64,000 nt of DNA from a virus (IMGVR_UViG_3300042890_001190:1951-65950); one strand, 5' to 3'. Positions 18,049 through 26,128 are shown, numbered from the stretch's first letter. Notes: generated from the sequence alone by a model not told the origin. Made by a program: numbers and translations.

Positions 18049-18589
18049 AAGAAGAATGGCTATTTCCGAACGCAGTTGTTCCGGTAGACGTTGAAACGAC
18101 AGCCGCGCTGGTGGCTGAGATACACAGGCTGATTGACGTTGTGGGTGGCTTGGTATTGAAGCAAGCCCTTGCAGCACCTGACTGCAAAGAAACTGGCGTG
18201 TGTATCCAAACTGGCTTGGCTTGTTTTGGTCAGTCAGCACAGCCAGCACCTGTGCAGGCGACAATGAAGTTGGAGTCAAGTGGCCCGGGATATGGCCCCG
18301 CGCCCAAACAGAAACTAAGCGTCAGGCATGTTTCCCTCATTGATGAGGGTAAGACCTCAGCACAGCCAGCACCTGTGCAGGAGAACGCAATGATTTACAA
18401 AACCTTTGAGCAGTGGAAGAGTGGCAACGTGCTGGAGCATGGCGTTCCCCGCACCGAGCATTACAGCGAAGACCAATTCGATCTGGTTGAGATGGGCTGG
18501 AACTATGGCTACGATGCTGGCCGCGCAGTGGAGCAAGCCCTCGACAAGAAGGCAGAAAACGCCAGAGAGTTGGGGCTGGACTATGAGCC
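17801..18589 (+). repeat. 58-bp direct repeat (17801-17858 / 18532-18589) and 25-bp direct repeat (18234-18258 / 18357-18381)
   Basis: 57/58 identical, encodes QALDKKAENARELGLDYEP; 25/25 identical, encodes SAQPAPVQ. Confidence 0.9.
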
Positions 18590-18806
18590 TGTATGGGATA
18601 ACTTGCCATCCAATAAAGATGTTGAAGACGCTATGCAGATGAAACGGCTGAATCAACTTGCCACCCCACCCGCAGCACAGCGGCAATGGGTTGGTCTGAC
18701 GCATGAGGAGATTGAAAAAGCTTGTGTTCCGCTTGGTGCGGCAATGCTGTCTTTTACAGAAGTCGCCCGAGCCATCGAAGCCAAACTCAAGGAGAAGAAC
18801 ACATGA
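18045..18806 (+). CDS. mosaic hypothetical protein ending WVGLTHEE..AIEAKLKEKNT
   Basis: 253 aa, internal repeats, ATGA-coupled. Confidence 0.75.
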   Translation: MKEEWLFPNAVVPVDVETTAALVAEIHRLIDVVGGLVLKQALAAPDCKETGVCIQTGLACFGQSAQPAPVQATMKLESSGPGYGPAPKQKLSVRHVSLIDEGKTSAQPAPVQENAMIYKTFEQWKSGNVLEHGVPRTEHYSEDQFDLVEMGWNYGYDAGRAVEQALDKKAENARELGLDYEPVWDNLPSNKDVEDAMQMKRLNQLATPPAAQRQWVGLTHEEIEKACVPLGAAMLSFTEVARAIEAKLKEKNT

Positions 18807-19045
18807 CAACAATGCATAAGATTTCTTGGAACACTTTTCTTGCGTCAATGCAGGAAATCGGATATCGCAATTACATTGAAACCGACTTGGACAACTACGC
18901 CAATGTTATGCGAACAGTAAATACGCCAAAAAGCCGTAGACCAAAGGAGCTTGCTGGCAAAGAGTTCACGACCCAGTTGTTCACAGCAGTCGGATCAAAG
19001 GTTGGCGACATTCGATACCTTGTTTGTATTGAGAGGACAGCATGA
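18803..19045 (+). CDS. hypothetical protein
   Basis: ATG 18803 after AAGGAG; ATGA overlaps. Confidence 0.65.
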   Translation: MTTMHKISWNTFLASMQEIGYRNYIETDLDNYANVMRTVNTPKSRRPKELAGKEFTTQLFTAVGSKVGDIRYLVCIERTA

Positions 19046-19284
19046 GAGACACGATAGAACTATGCAAAACAGTTGGTTTTCCGTTGATGGTCTTTGAGGG
19101 AGTGCCATACGTTTCGCCTGAACTTGAGCGCCTTGTTGCCCTTGTCCGTGCTGATGAGCGTGACAAATGGATGGAGCGTGCCCACACCATGATTCTTGGG
19201 GAACGAGAGGCGTGTGCAAAGGTGTGTGAGGAGCGCGGCTGGCATGTGACTGCCGCCGCCATCCGAGCAAGATCGAAGGATTAA
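19042..19284 (+). CDS. hypothetical protein with EREACAKVCE..AAAIRAR motif
   Basis: 80 aa, ATGA-coupled. Confidence 0.7.
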   Translation: MRDTIELCKTVGFPLMVFEGVPYVSPELERLVALVRADERDKWMERAHTMILGEREACAKVCEERGWHVTAAAIRARSKD

Positions 19285-19286
19285 AA

Positions 19287-19763
19287 ATGATTACACAAGC
19301 GGAATTGAAAAACTTGTTTGACTACGTTGATGGGCAGCTTGTTGCAAAAACAAACGCCAATAAACGAAAAGCTGGCGATGTTTTGGGTGCTGCAAACGAC
19401 AAGGGCTATTTGATAGGTCGTGTCAATCAACGTCTGTACAGAGTTCACCGCTTGGTGTTTTTGTATTTTCATGGATTCATGCCGACTCAAGTTGACCATA
19501 TTGACGGCAACAGGCAGAACAACCGTATTGAAAACTTGCGAAAAGCAACGTCAGCACAGAACAATCAAAACAGAATGGCAACTGGAGCCAGCAAGATCAA
19601 AGGTGTTGTATGGCACAAGCAGTCAAAGAAATGGGTGGCATCTATCTGCATCAACAGAAAAAGCGTGCATCTTGGTTCTTTTGAAAAGATTGAAGATGCG
19701 GCGCAAGTTGCTACAGATGCTCGTAAAAAACTACACGGCGAGTTCGCAAGGGGGAACACATGA
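19287..19763 (+). CDS. HNH homing endonuclease with AP2-like domain
   Basis: YRVHRLVF..VDHIDGNRQNNRIENLR; KGVVWHKQSKKWVASI..HLGSF. Confidence 0.9.
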   Translation: MITQAELKNLFDYVDGQLVAKTNANKRKAGDVLGAANDKGYLIGRVNQRLYRVHRLVFLYFHGFMPTQVDHIDGNRQNNRIENLRKATSAQNNQNRMATGASKIKGVVWHKQSKKWVASICINRKSVHLGSFEKIEDAAQVATDARKKLHGEFARGNT

Positions 19764-20470
19764 CCACCCAACTTATTCGTTCCTCCATGAAATTGATGGC
19801 TGACGCTGGAGTCGATATTGTTGACATGAAATGGTTTGACATGACTGGCGCAGTTGGAGATAAGCAAAGAGCCAACCTTGATCCGGTGATGACGCATAGA
19901 CCACCGTTCAACAAATGTTTTGTTGCGTGGCAGGGCAAGACAAGCCACCACCCAAGCTACGAGGTTTTGATGCTGGTGGCGGGAGAAGACCCAGACGAGG
20001 GTATTTCTGTGTCCATGTGGAAAGGCCCATCTGGAACACGTTTGCACCCCATCCCTGCAATGTTTTACTTCATTGAAGGTGACCAGATTCGATATGGTTC
20101 CGTCAACGAAGATGAACCCGTAGACAAAGAGCTTGCTGAGTTGATGTTGGCGCAACTTGGAGCGTGGTACGGGGCTATGGATAGTCGCATGGAGGCATAC
20201 ACCCCATCGGTGCGCGACACGTTCACCAACCGCCGCAAGATTCAGCAAGGGAAATTGCCAACCTACGACTGGACAACGGTCTGGATTGAGCCAGCAAAAC
20301 CTCGATCAGAGGGTAAGGGGGGTACACACGCATCACCTCGCTTGCATGACCGCCGTGGTCATTTGCGGAGGCTTGCAAGTGGTAAGAATGTCTGGGTGAA
20401 GTCTTGCAAGGTGGGAGATGCCAGCAAAGGTGCGATATTTCACGACTACGCTATCAAGGAGAACACATGA
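19760..20470 (+). CDS. conserved phage protein with HASPRLHDRRGHLR motif
   Basis: 236 aa, ATGA-coupled on both sides. Confidence 0.75.
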   Translation: MTTQLIRSSMKLMADAGVDIVDMKWFDMTGAVGDKQRANLDPVMTHRPPFNKCFVAWQGKTSHHPSYEVLMLVAGEDPDEGISVSMWKGPSGTRLHPIPAMFYFIEGDQIRYGSVNEDEPVDKELAELMLAQLGAWYGAMDSRMEAYTPSVRDTFTNRRKIQQGKLPTYDWTTVWIEPAKPRSEGKGGTHASPRLHDRRGHLRRLASGKNVWVKSCKVGDASKGAIFHDYAIKENT

Positions 20471-20556
20471 CCTGTAAACACCGCTGGATACCCGGCGACA
20501 ACCAAGACCGACCCGCATACCGTTGCACCCGCTGTGGTGATTGGAGATTTGTATGA
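20467..20556 (+). CDS. 29-aa Zn-ribbon peptide (MTCKHRWIPG..YRCTRCG)
   Basis: not in ORF track; ATGA overlaps; paralog of 17474..17569. Confidence 0.6.
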   Translation: MTCKHRWIPGDNQDRPAYRCTRCGDWRFV

Positions 20557-20678
20557 CCGATTTTGTAGAGTTTATTTGGATGTGGGCCGTGGGCATGATA
20601 TTGCTGGTAACGCTGCCCATCTGGTTTATCCCGTACACCGCTTATAGGGCTTGGAAATTTTTTAAGGAAAGCACATGA
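20553..20678 (+). CDS. 41-aa single-pass membrane peptide
   Basis: not in ORF track; MTDFVEFIWMWAVGMILLVTLPIWFIPY..; ATGA overlaps. Confidence 0.55.
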   Translation: MTDFVEFIWMWAVGMILLVTLPIWFIPYTAYRAWKFFKEST

Positions 20679-20863
20679 AAAAAGACTCCAAAGCATGGGC
20701 CATCAAGCTCAGAGGCCGTAACTTCTACTTGTCCAGCACTGGGTATCCGTGGACATTCATGACCAAGAAAGAGGCCGAGAGCTTCGCCCGAAACGTGGCG
20801 CGGCACTACGGCACAACAGCTCAACCAATCCGCGTCAGAGTACGCATAGAGGAGCAATCATGA
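20675..20863 (+). CDS. hypothetical protein
   Basis: 62 aa, SD AAGGA. Confidence 0.65.
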   Translation: MKKDSKAWAIKLRGRNFYLSSTGYPWTFMTKKEAESFARNVARHYGTTAQPIRVRVRIEEQS

Positions 20864-21051
20864 TCAACGTATACCCAACCCGCATCGAGGCCGCAGACGA
20901 GGACGGCAACATCCTGTTCGCGCTTCAAATGGAAGATGCCCACTGCTGCACCATTGAGATCAAGAACCCACTGGTACTGAGCAATGGCAACCTAGAGCAA
21001 GTGCTGACCGCCGTGCGCCGTGGCGTGCAGATGCTTGGACTGGAGGACTGA
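20860..21051 (+). CDS. hypothetical protein
   Basis: ATG 20860 after GAGGAG. Confidence 0.65.
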   Translation: MINVYPTRIEAADEDGNILFALQMEDAHCCTIEIKNPLVLSNGNLEQVLTAVRRGVQMLGLED

Positions 21052-21068
21052 GCCGCTACGCTCCGGGA

Positions 21069-21093
21069 AGCCCGCCACCGTGCGGGTTTTTTT
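21069..21093 (+). terminator. rho-independent terminator
   Basis: GCCCGC-CACCGT-GCGGGT plus T run at a convergent junction. Confidence 0.7.
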
Positions 21094-21448
21094 ACGCCAG
21101 CATCTCACCCATTGCTGCTTGAGCCAAGGCGTCTGTGTGCTCGCAATCCTCCCATGGCGGAGTGGTGCAGTTGCACAGTGGCACGAAAACAGCAGGGCCG
21201 GTAATGACAGGCTTTGGGGCATGAACTTTGGGTTGGCTTTTCGGCTTCAATTGCTTTGATGGCTTTACCCTCTTGCCGCCATACCAATCCTTGACGTCCT
21301 GACCCATCCAGAGGGCGAAGGCACGTATGTCCAAAGGGTCAATGACGTACCAAGTTTTCCGGGCCGCATCCCAGCGAGCACCTTTGCTTTTTGCCAAGTC
21401 CTTTTGGCTGAACGGAACGTGCAAATCAACTCTCATTTCCATCTCCAA
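21092..21448 (-). CDS. DUF5710-like protein
   Basis: LHVPFSQKDLAKSKGARWDAARKTWY motif; start uncertain (TTG 21448 or nearby ATG). Confidence 0.7.
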   Translation of the reverse strand: MEMEMRVDLHVPFSQKDLAKSKGARWDAARKTWYVIDPLDIRAFALWMGQDVKDWYGGKRVKPSKQLKPKSQPKVHAPKPVITGPAVFVPLCNCTTPPWEDCEHTDALAQAAMGEMLA

Positions 21449-21449
21449 A

Positions 21450-22048
21450 TTTTTGGACGAGTTTCCACTTACCCATGTATCCTGCCTGCCCTCCCCGTGT
21501 TCACTGGGGCGAGGGTTAGGGGCTACGTGAACCCTTTATCGACCTGACTTGCCCTGTTCGTTGCCTGCCTAAGCAGTTCCTACTGTGAGCTATCGGAGCC
21601 TAGTCCGCCTGCCTTCTGGCTTAGCGTTACAGAGAGGATGATGGCCCTCTGTACGTGCATCACAGATCGCTCTGTGAACCCAGACGTTTCCATTGCTGGA
21701 AATATGGATTTTCCCCTTGCGGGGAGGTCGTTTATTCCGTTCGCTCTCGCTACTTGGACACTCGGTTTAAAGTGGGGTTGGCCTTTTCAGTGTTCCCTTC
21801 GCTACCGCCATGGGGGACTGGTCTGGAGTGGGTGCCGGAGATTTCTGCCGCATAAGCTAACGCGCCCTGACGGGTGGGCGGCACAAATGCAAAAAGCTCT
21901 TTAGTCGGGGATCGAGCTTTAGGCTTGGTTGCCGCCAATCCGCAGTGCTGTAACACGTACGAATAGCATTGACGAAGCCCGAGCACCCACTAAAGAGCTT
22001 TCGGATGTCGCTTTACAGAGCTAAGCCGGGTTACCAATCCGACTATGG
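21450..22048 (-). ncRNA. putative ~600-nt structured RNA
   Basis: no credible CDS; own promoter; three perfect GNRA hairpins on the minus strand; 13-bp long-range stem 21893-21905/21989-22001. Confidence 0.55.
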
Positions 22049-22052
22049 CGTC

Positions 22053-22082
22053 AGTATATCAAAGACGTTGGTGGACGTGCAA
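22053..22082 (-). promoter_or_regulatory. sigma70 promoter of the structured RNA
   Basis: TTGCAC-18 nt-TATACT with TG extended -10. Confidence 0.65.
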
Positions 22083-22084
22083 GC

Positions 22085-22110
22085 AAAAAAACCCCACGTC
22101 TGAGGTGGGG
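22085..22110 (-). terminator. rho-independent terminator
   Basis: CCCCAC-CTCAGAC-GTGGGG-T7. Confidence 0.8.
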
Positions 22111-22144
22111 TAAATTCACTCAAGGAGAAACACCATGAAACACG
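22085..22144 (-). ncRNA. putative ~60-nt anti-RBS small RNA
   Basis: bounded by promoter 22150-22178 and terminator; contains GUUUCAUGGUGUUUCUCCUUGAGU (anti-AUG plus anti-SD). Confidence 0.55.
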
Positions 22145-22149
22145 CCTGT

Positions 22150-22178
22150 AGTTTAGCCGCAGGTGCGCAGCAGTGCAA
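22150..22178 (-). promoter_or_regulatory. sigma70 promoter inside the 3' end of the VRR-NUC gene
   Basis: TTGCAC-17 nt-TAAACT; the -10 overlaps the stop codon. Confidence 0.6.
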
Positions 22179-22437
22179 CGGCCTCTTCTACGCTGTTCAC
22201 GATGTACAGGTCTGATCCCGGCCACTCGTCGTGGAACTTCTGCTCCGCGTCCGTCAGCCGGCGTGCCGATGGCGACTTAGCCCCGTCCTTCACCTCAATC
22301 AGCAGGGTCTCCCCACGGTAGCTCACCAGCAGGTCAAACAGCCCCTCGTCGTTGATCTGCTTGACGTAAGCACCCTCGGCACGCATGGCTGCCACGATCT
22401 CTTTTTCGTTGTCGTCTCTGCGAGCTGCTCGTCTCAT
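22153..22437 (-). CDS. VRR-NUC / PD-(D/E)XK nuclease (resolvase-like)
   Basis: RRAARRDDNEKEIV..GLFDLLV..LIEVKDG..LTDAEQKFHDEW. Confidence 0.8.
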   Translation of the reverse strand: MRRAARRDDNEKEIVAAMRAEGAYVKQINDEGLFDLLVSYRGETLLIEVKDGAKSPSARRLTDAEQKFHDEWPGSDLYIVNSVEEAVALLRTCG

Positions 22438-22482
22438 AGGGTTTGTCCTGAGAAAAATATATTGCATTCATCGTAACAGATG

Positions 22483-22511
22483 TTGTGTTGTTGGCTTATA
22501 CCTGATACATT
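22483..22511 (+). promoter_or_regulatory. putative promoter of the recombination operon
   Basis: TTGTGT-17 nt-TACATT with TG extension; same TGATACATT as at 7672. Confidence 0.5.
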
Positions 22512-22541
22512 AAAGGCTCACTCACCACACAGGAGCAGGGA

Positions 22542-22793
22542 ATGACACCAGAAGAAGAGCACAAGGAAGGGATGGAGACTCTTTACCGGGCAGTGCATAT
22601 CGCCAACAAGTTTGGCCCACTGATCGTTGAAGACGCAGACAAACTTGGCGGCACAGCAGCCACGGCGGCAGCCATCATGCTGTCCACGTTCACAAGCGCC
22701 ATGGGCATGACCTTGCACGATGCTATGGGCCTGTTCATGGCGGTGCATAAGCAGACCATGGCAATGGAGCGCGAAGATGAAGCTGACCAATAA
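22542..22793 (+). CDS. hypothetical protein
   Basis: 83 aa, SD CAGGAG. Confidence 0.65.
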   Translation: MTPEEEHKEGMETLYRAVHIANKFGPLIVEDADKLGGTAATAAAIMLSTFTSAMGMTLHDAMGLFMAVHKQTMAMEREDEADQ

Positions 22794-23685
22794 CTTCGGC
22801 ATGCCTGAGACGATCCTCAACGTGATCGCACGGCCACAGTACAGCAAGGGCAAAGCCAACATGTCTGTGACGGAGCTGCTCAACAGTCCACGGATTGTCC
22901 AGCTCAAGCGCAAGCATTGGAATGACCTGACAGAGGACGCAGCCGACATGGTGTGGTCCATCTTCGGCACGGCCATTCACAACATCTTGGAGCACGGCAA
23001 GGGCGACAACCACATCGTTGAAGAGCGTATTCACATTGAACTGGACGGCATGCACATCAGCGGCGCTATTGACCTGCAAGAGGTGGAGCCAGACGGCATC
23101 ATCGTGTCGGACTACAAGACCGTCGGCGCGTGGTCGGTGCTTAACGAGAAGCAGGACTGGCACAACCAACTCAACAGCTACGCCTACCTTGTTGAAGCGG
23201 CCAAGAAGCTGCCCGTGATCAAGTTGCAGATCGTGGCTATCGTGCGCGACTGGAGCCGCCGTGACGCAGCAACACGCGAGGGATACCCCAAGGCACCCAT
23301 CGTGGTGATTGACATCCCTCTGTGGTCGTTTGAAGAGCGCGAAGCCTACGTCCGCAGCCGCATCTCTTTGCATGGCGACGCACTTTTTGAGATGGAGACT
23401 GACGGCGAGATGCCTGAATGCACGCCCGAGGAGTGTTGGGAAAAGCCAACAATGTACGCCCTGAAGAAGGATGGCAACGTCCGGGCCAAGAGCGTACACG
23501 AAACAAGCGAGGCAGCAGACACGGCTCTGGCTGCCGCAACAGAAAAAGCCAAGAAGGGCGAGAAGTTCCTGATCGAAGTTCGTGAGGGGAACCGCACTCG
23601 CTGTTCTAGCTTTTGCCAAGTGGCTGGCATGTGCAGCCAATATCAAAAGTATCTTTCTACCAAGCCAACTCAAGGAGAAATCTAA
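22777..23685 (+). CDS. PD-(D/E)XK exonuclease (Cas4/RecB-like)
   Basis: GTAIHNILE, EERI, ISGAIDL, VSDYKT, QLNSYA, C-terminal RCSSFCQV..C. Confidence 0.82.
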   Translation: MKLTNNFGMPETILNVIARPQYSKGKANMSVTELLNSPRIVQLKRKHWNDLTEDAADMVWSIFGTAIHNILEHGKGDNHIVEERIHIELDGMHISGAIDLQEVEPDGIIVSDYKTVGAWSVLNEKQDWHNQLNSYAYLVEAAKKLPVIKLQIVAIVRDWSRRDAATREGYPKAPIVVIDIPLWSFEEREAYVRSRISLHGDALFEMETDGEMPECTPEECWEKPTMYALKKDGNVRAKSVHETSEAADTALAAATEKAKKGEKFLIEVREGNRTRCSSFCQVAGMCSQYQKYLSTKPTQGEI

Positions 23686-23888
23686 TGGCAACTCGCATCT
23701 ATATCGTTACCGGCCCCACAGGCACGCGCCTCATCAAAGCTGCAGCCCCATCGCAAGCTATCACCCATGTAGCCAAATCCGCATTCGACGCAAGAGTCGC
23801 ATCGCAAGATGATCTGGTCCAAGCATTGAGCAACGGCGTCAAGGTGGAAACCTACGGCGATACAACTCAGTCTGAACTCGACATATAA
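23685..23888 (+). CDS. hypothetical protein
   Basis: TAATG overlap, SD AAGGAG. Confidence 0.7.
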   Translation: MATRIYIVTGPTGTRLIKAAAPSQAITHVAKSAFDARVASQDDLVQALSNGVKVETYGDTTQSELDI

Positions 23889-23900
23889 CGGGAGCACCCT

Positions 23901-24050
23901 ATGGGCTGGATCATTGGCTTAACCTGCCTCGCGGCTTGGTTCAATCACATCTTCACTTGCTTCAGTGAGGGCCTATGGGGGTTTCTCATTGCTGGAGCTC
24001 TCATGTTCCCAATCGGCATCATCCACGGCGTATGGCTGTGGTTCAACTAA
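23901..24050 (+). CDS. 49-aa membrane protein
   Basis: not in ORF track; MGWIIGLTCLAAWFNHIFTCFSEGLWGFLIAGALMFPIGIIHGVWLWFN; SD GGAG. Confidence 0.7.
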   Translation: MGWIIGLTCLAAWFNHIFTCFSEGLWGFLIAGALMFPIGIIHGVWLWFN

Positions 24051-24059
24051 GGACTCATC

Positions 24060-24209
24060 ATGAAAAAAGTAATCATCGCAATCGCACTGGCCGCAGCAGC
24101 AACAGCAACTTGGGCTGCTTGCACCACACACACAATCATGTCCAACGGAAGGATCGTCACATGCACGACCTGCTGTTATGGATCGAACTGCACTACCAAC
24201 TGTTTTTAA
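24060..24209 (+). CDS. 49-aa secreted Cys-rich peptide
   Basis: not in ORF track; MKKVIIAIALAAAATATWA-ACTTHTIMSNGRIVTCTTCCYGSNCTTNCF; SD AAGGA. Confidence 0.75.
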   Translation: MKKVIIAIALAAAATATWAACTTHTIMSNGRIVTCTTCCYGSNCTTNCF

Positions 24210-24218
24210 GGACTCATC

Positions 24219-24443
24219 ATGTTTATTTCAAAGGCAGAAAAAGAGGAAATCCAAATCAAAATCCGAGGACTTGAGGCGCGGATCAGGGATTTGGAGATCG
24301 AAGCCAATCGGACAAAAAACAAAGTATCAAACAAGCGTGCCGTTATCTTCAGAACAGACGACGCACCTTGGGGCTTCAAGAAAGACGGCAACCCACGCAA
24401 GCGCCCCGGTCGCCCACTGCAAGCCATGGAGATATCAGCATGA
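24219..24443 (+). CDS. coiled-coil protein with AT-hook-like RKRPGRP
   Basis: 74 aa, APWGFKKDGNPRKRPGRP. Confidence 0.7.
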   Translation: MFISKAEKEEIQIKIRGLEARIRDLEIEANRTKNKVSNKRAVIFRTDDAPWGFKKDGNPRKRPGRPLQAMEISA

Positions 24444-24637
24444 AGGTCAAAGACTTCTTCCAGACATTTGACGTTGACCCAATCAGCGCCAGTCCTTTTC
24501 ACGGACCAATCACGCCAGAGTTGATTGAATTCATCCAAACGCGCAACGAAGAAAAGCGCAAGGCATCCATTGAGTTCCTTGGTAACAAGTGGCTCCTTCA
24601 TCCGGACAACAGAGAGCAAAGAAAGGTATTCCAATGA
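24440..24637 (+). CDS. hypothetical protein
   Basis: ATGA overlaps on both sides. Confidence 0.65.
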   Translation: MKVKDFFQTFDVDPISASPFHGPITPELIEFIQTRNEEKRKASIEFLGNKWLLHPDNREQRKVFQ

Positions 24638-25317
24638 AAGAAATCGCATCAGCATTGGTCAAAGCTCAGAAAGAGTTTGGCCCAGCACTCAAGACCAACA
24701 CCAACCCGGCATTTCGCAGCAAATATGCGGACCTGTCTGCCTGCGTTGAGGCGGTCATTGACGCGCTAAATAACAACGACATCTTCATGATGCAGCCAAC
24801 TCACGAATGCGACAACGGCGTGATTGTGGAGACTGTTTTTATCCACTCCTCTGGTGAGCAGATCAGCAGCGGCAAACTGCACGTCCCGGCCACCAAGCAT
24901 GATGCGCAGGGCTACGGCAGCGCACTGACTTACGCACGCAGGTACAGCCTCATGACGGCCTGTGGCATCGCCCCCGAGGATGATGACGGTAACAGCGCAG
25001 TCAAACCCAAGGCAGCGCCAGCAAAGCCAGCCGCTACGCCACCAGCCAAGGCACCCACGAAGGTCGAAGGCAAGGACACCGAGTGGCAACTGAAGGTTGT
25101 AGCTAAGCCAGAAGGCGATCACGGCGAGTGGTCACAGTTGATCATTGATGCAACCATGCTGCAACTTGAGCAAGCCAAGACAGAAGAGCAAGTCATGAAC
25201 ATCTTCAAGACCAACCGCAACATTTACGACGAGGTGAAGAGTGGCTCACCCACTGCCTACGACGTACTGATGTCGGAATTCAAAACAGCACGCGCTAAAC
25301 ACAAGGAGGCAGCATGA
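24634..25317 (+). CDS. erf: ERF-family single-strand annealing protein
   Basis: NPAFRSKYADL..QGYGSALTYARRYSL..GIAPEDDDGN. Confidence 0.9.
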   Translation: MKEIASALVKAQKEFGPALKTNTNPAFRSKYADLSACVEAVIDALNNNDIFMMQPTHECDNGVIVETVFIHSSGEQISSGKLHVPATKHDAQGYGSALTYARRYSLMTACGIAPEDDDGNSAVKPKAAPAKPAATPPAKAPTKVEGKDTEWQLKVVAKPEGDHGEWSQLIIDATMLQLEQAKTEEQVMNIFKTNRNIYDEVKSGSPTAYDVLMSEFKTARAKHKEAA

Positions 25318-25700
25318 ACTCGATCACCATAGCCGGGACGCTCGGCAAAGACGCAGAAGTTAAATACTTAGCCAACGGAGATGCAATCTGCAACTTCTCT
25401 GTTGCTGACTCTCAAGGTCGCGAGAAACCAACCATGTGGTGGAACTGCGGCCTGTACGGTAAGCGTGCAGAGTCCCTATCTCAGTACCTCGTCAAAGGCC
25501 AAGCCGTCACGGTGACTGGCTCTGTGTCTGAACGCGAATGGACCAGCAAAGATGGAGAAAAGCGCAAGTCCATGGATGTGCGCGTGAACGACGTTGCGCT
25601 GCAAGGTGGACGCAAGGATGCAGAGCCGCAGGAAGAACGCCGCCAAGCACCAAAGCCAGCACCGGTACTCTTTGAAGACGACAGCGATCTGCCCTTCTGA
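25314..25700 (+). CDS. ssb: single-stranded DNA-binding protein
   Basis: OB-fold pattern GTLGKDAE..NFSVA..YLVKGQAVTVTG; acidic DDSDLPF tail. Confidence 0.92.
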   Translation: MNSITIAGTLGKDAEVKYLANGDAICNFSVADSQGREKPTMWWNCGLYGKRAESLSQYLVKGQAVTVTGSVSEREWTSKDGEKRKSMDVRVNDVALQGGRKDAEPQEERRQAPKPAPVLFEDDSDLPF

Positions 25701-25702
25701 TC

Positions 25703-26128
25703 ATGGCCGTTAAGACGCTCCAATTTGAAGCCGTCAAGATCGCTATGAAGCAGGACAAGACCGGGATAATCCTGACCTTAAACATTCACCCTGACGATTT
25801 GCCCATCGACTTGATGCGCGACTTCGTTGGGGCAAGGTATCAGGTGGTCATGGTGAGATTGAACGACGAGAACAAACCAATGAGCAGGGACACGGAATAC
25901 AGCCGTGATCCTGTTCGCACCGCAGGCATCCTGTGCCGCGATAAACAGTTTGCGCAGTACCTTCACAACAAAGAGGAAATCTTTGAAATGAAAGAGGCTG
26001 ACGTGATCGAATGGCTCAAGGGAGAGCTGGACATTGAGTCCCGCACTGAGCTTAAAGAAGATCAACAAAAGGCCAAGAGATTCTGGGCCATCAACGAGGA
26101 ATTCCAATCATGGAAGCAAAGCGCTTGA
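25703..26128 (+). CDS. conserved phage hypothetical protein
   Basis: 141 aa, AGILCRDKQF..IESRTEL. Confidence 0.7.
   Translation: MAVKTLQFEAVKIAMKQDKTGIILTLNIHPDDLPIDLMRDFVGARYQVVMVRLNDENKPMSRDTEYSRDPVRTAGILCRDKQFAQYLHNKEEIFEMKEADVIEWLKGELDIESRTELKEDQQKAKRFWAINEEFQSWKQSA

Noticed and set aside
21790-21867. tRNA-like start GGGCGCGTTAGCT on the minus strand
   Set aside because: No TTC T-loop arm or acceptor-stem closure at tRNA distance
22777-23685. Cas4 as part of a CRISPR system
   Set aside because: Context (ERF, SSB) indicates a recombination exonuclease; no array or cas1/cas2
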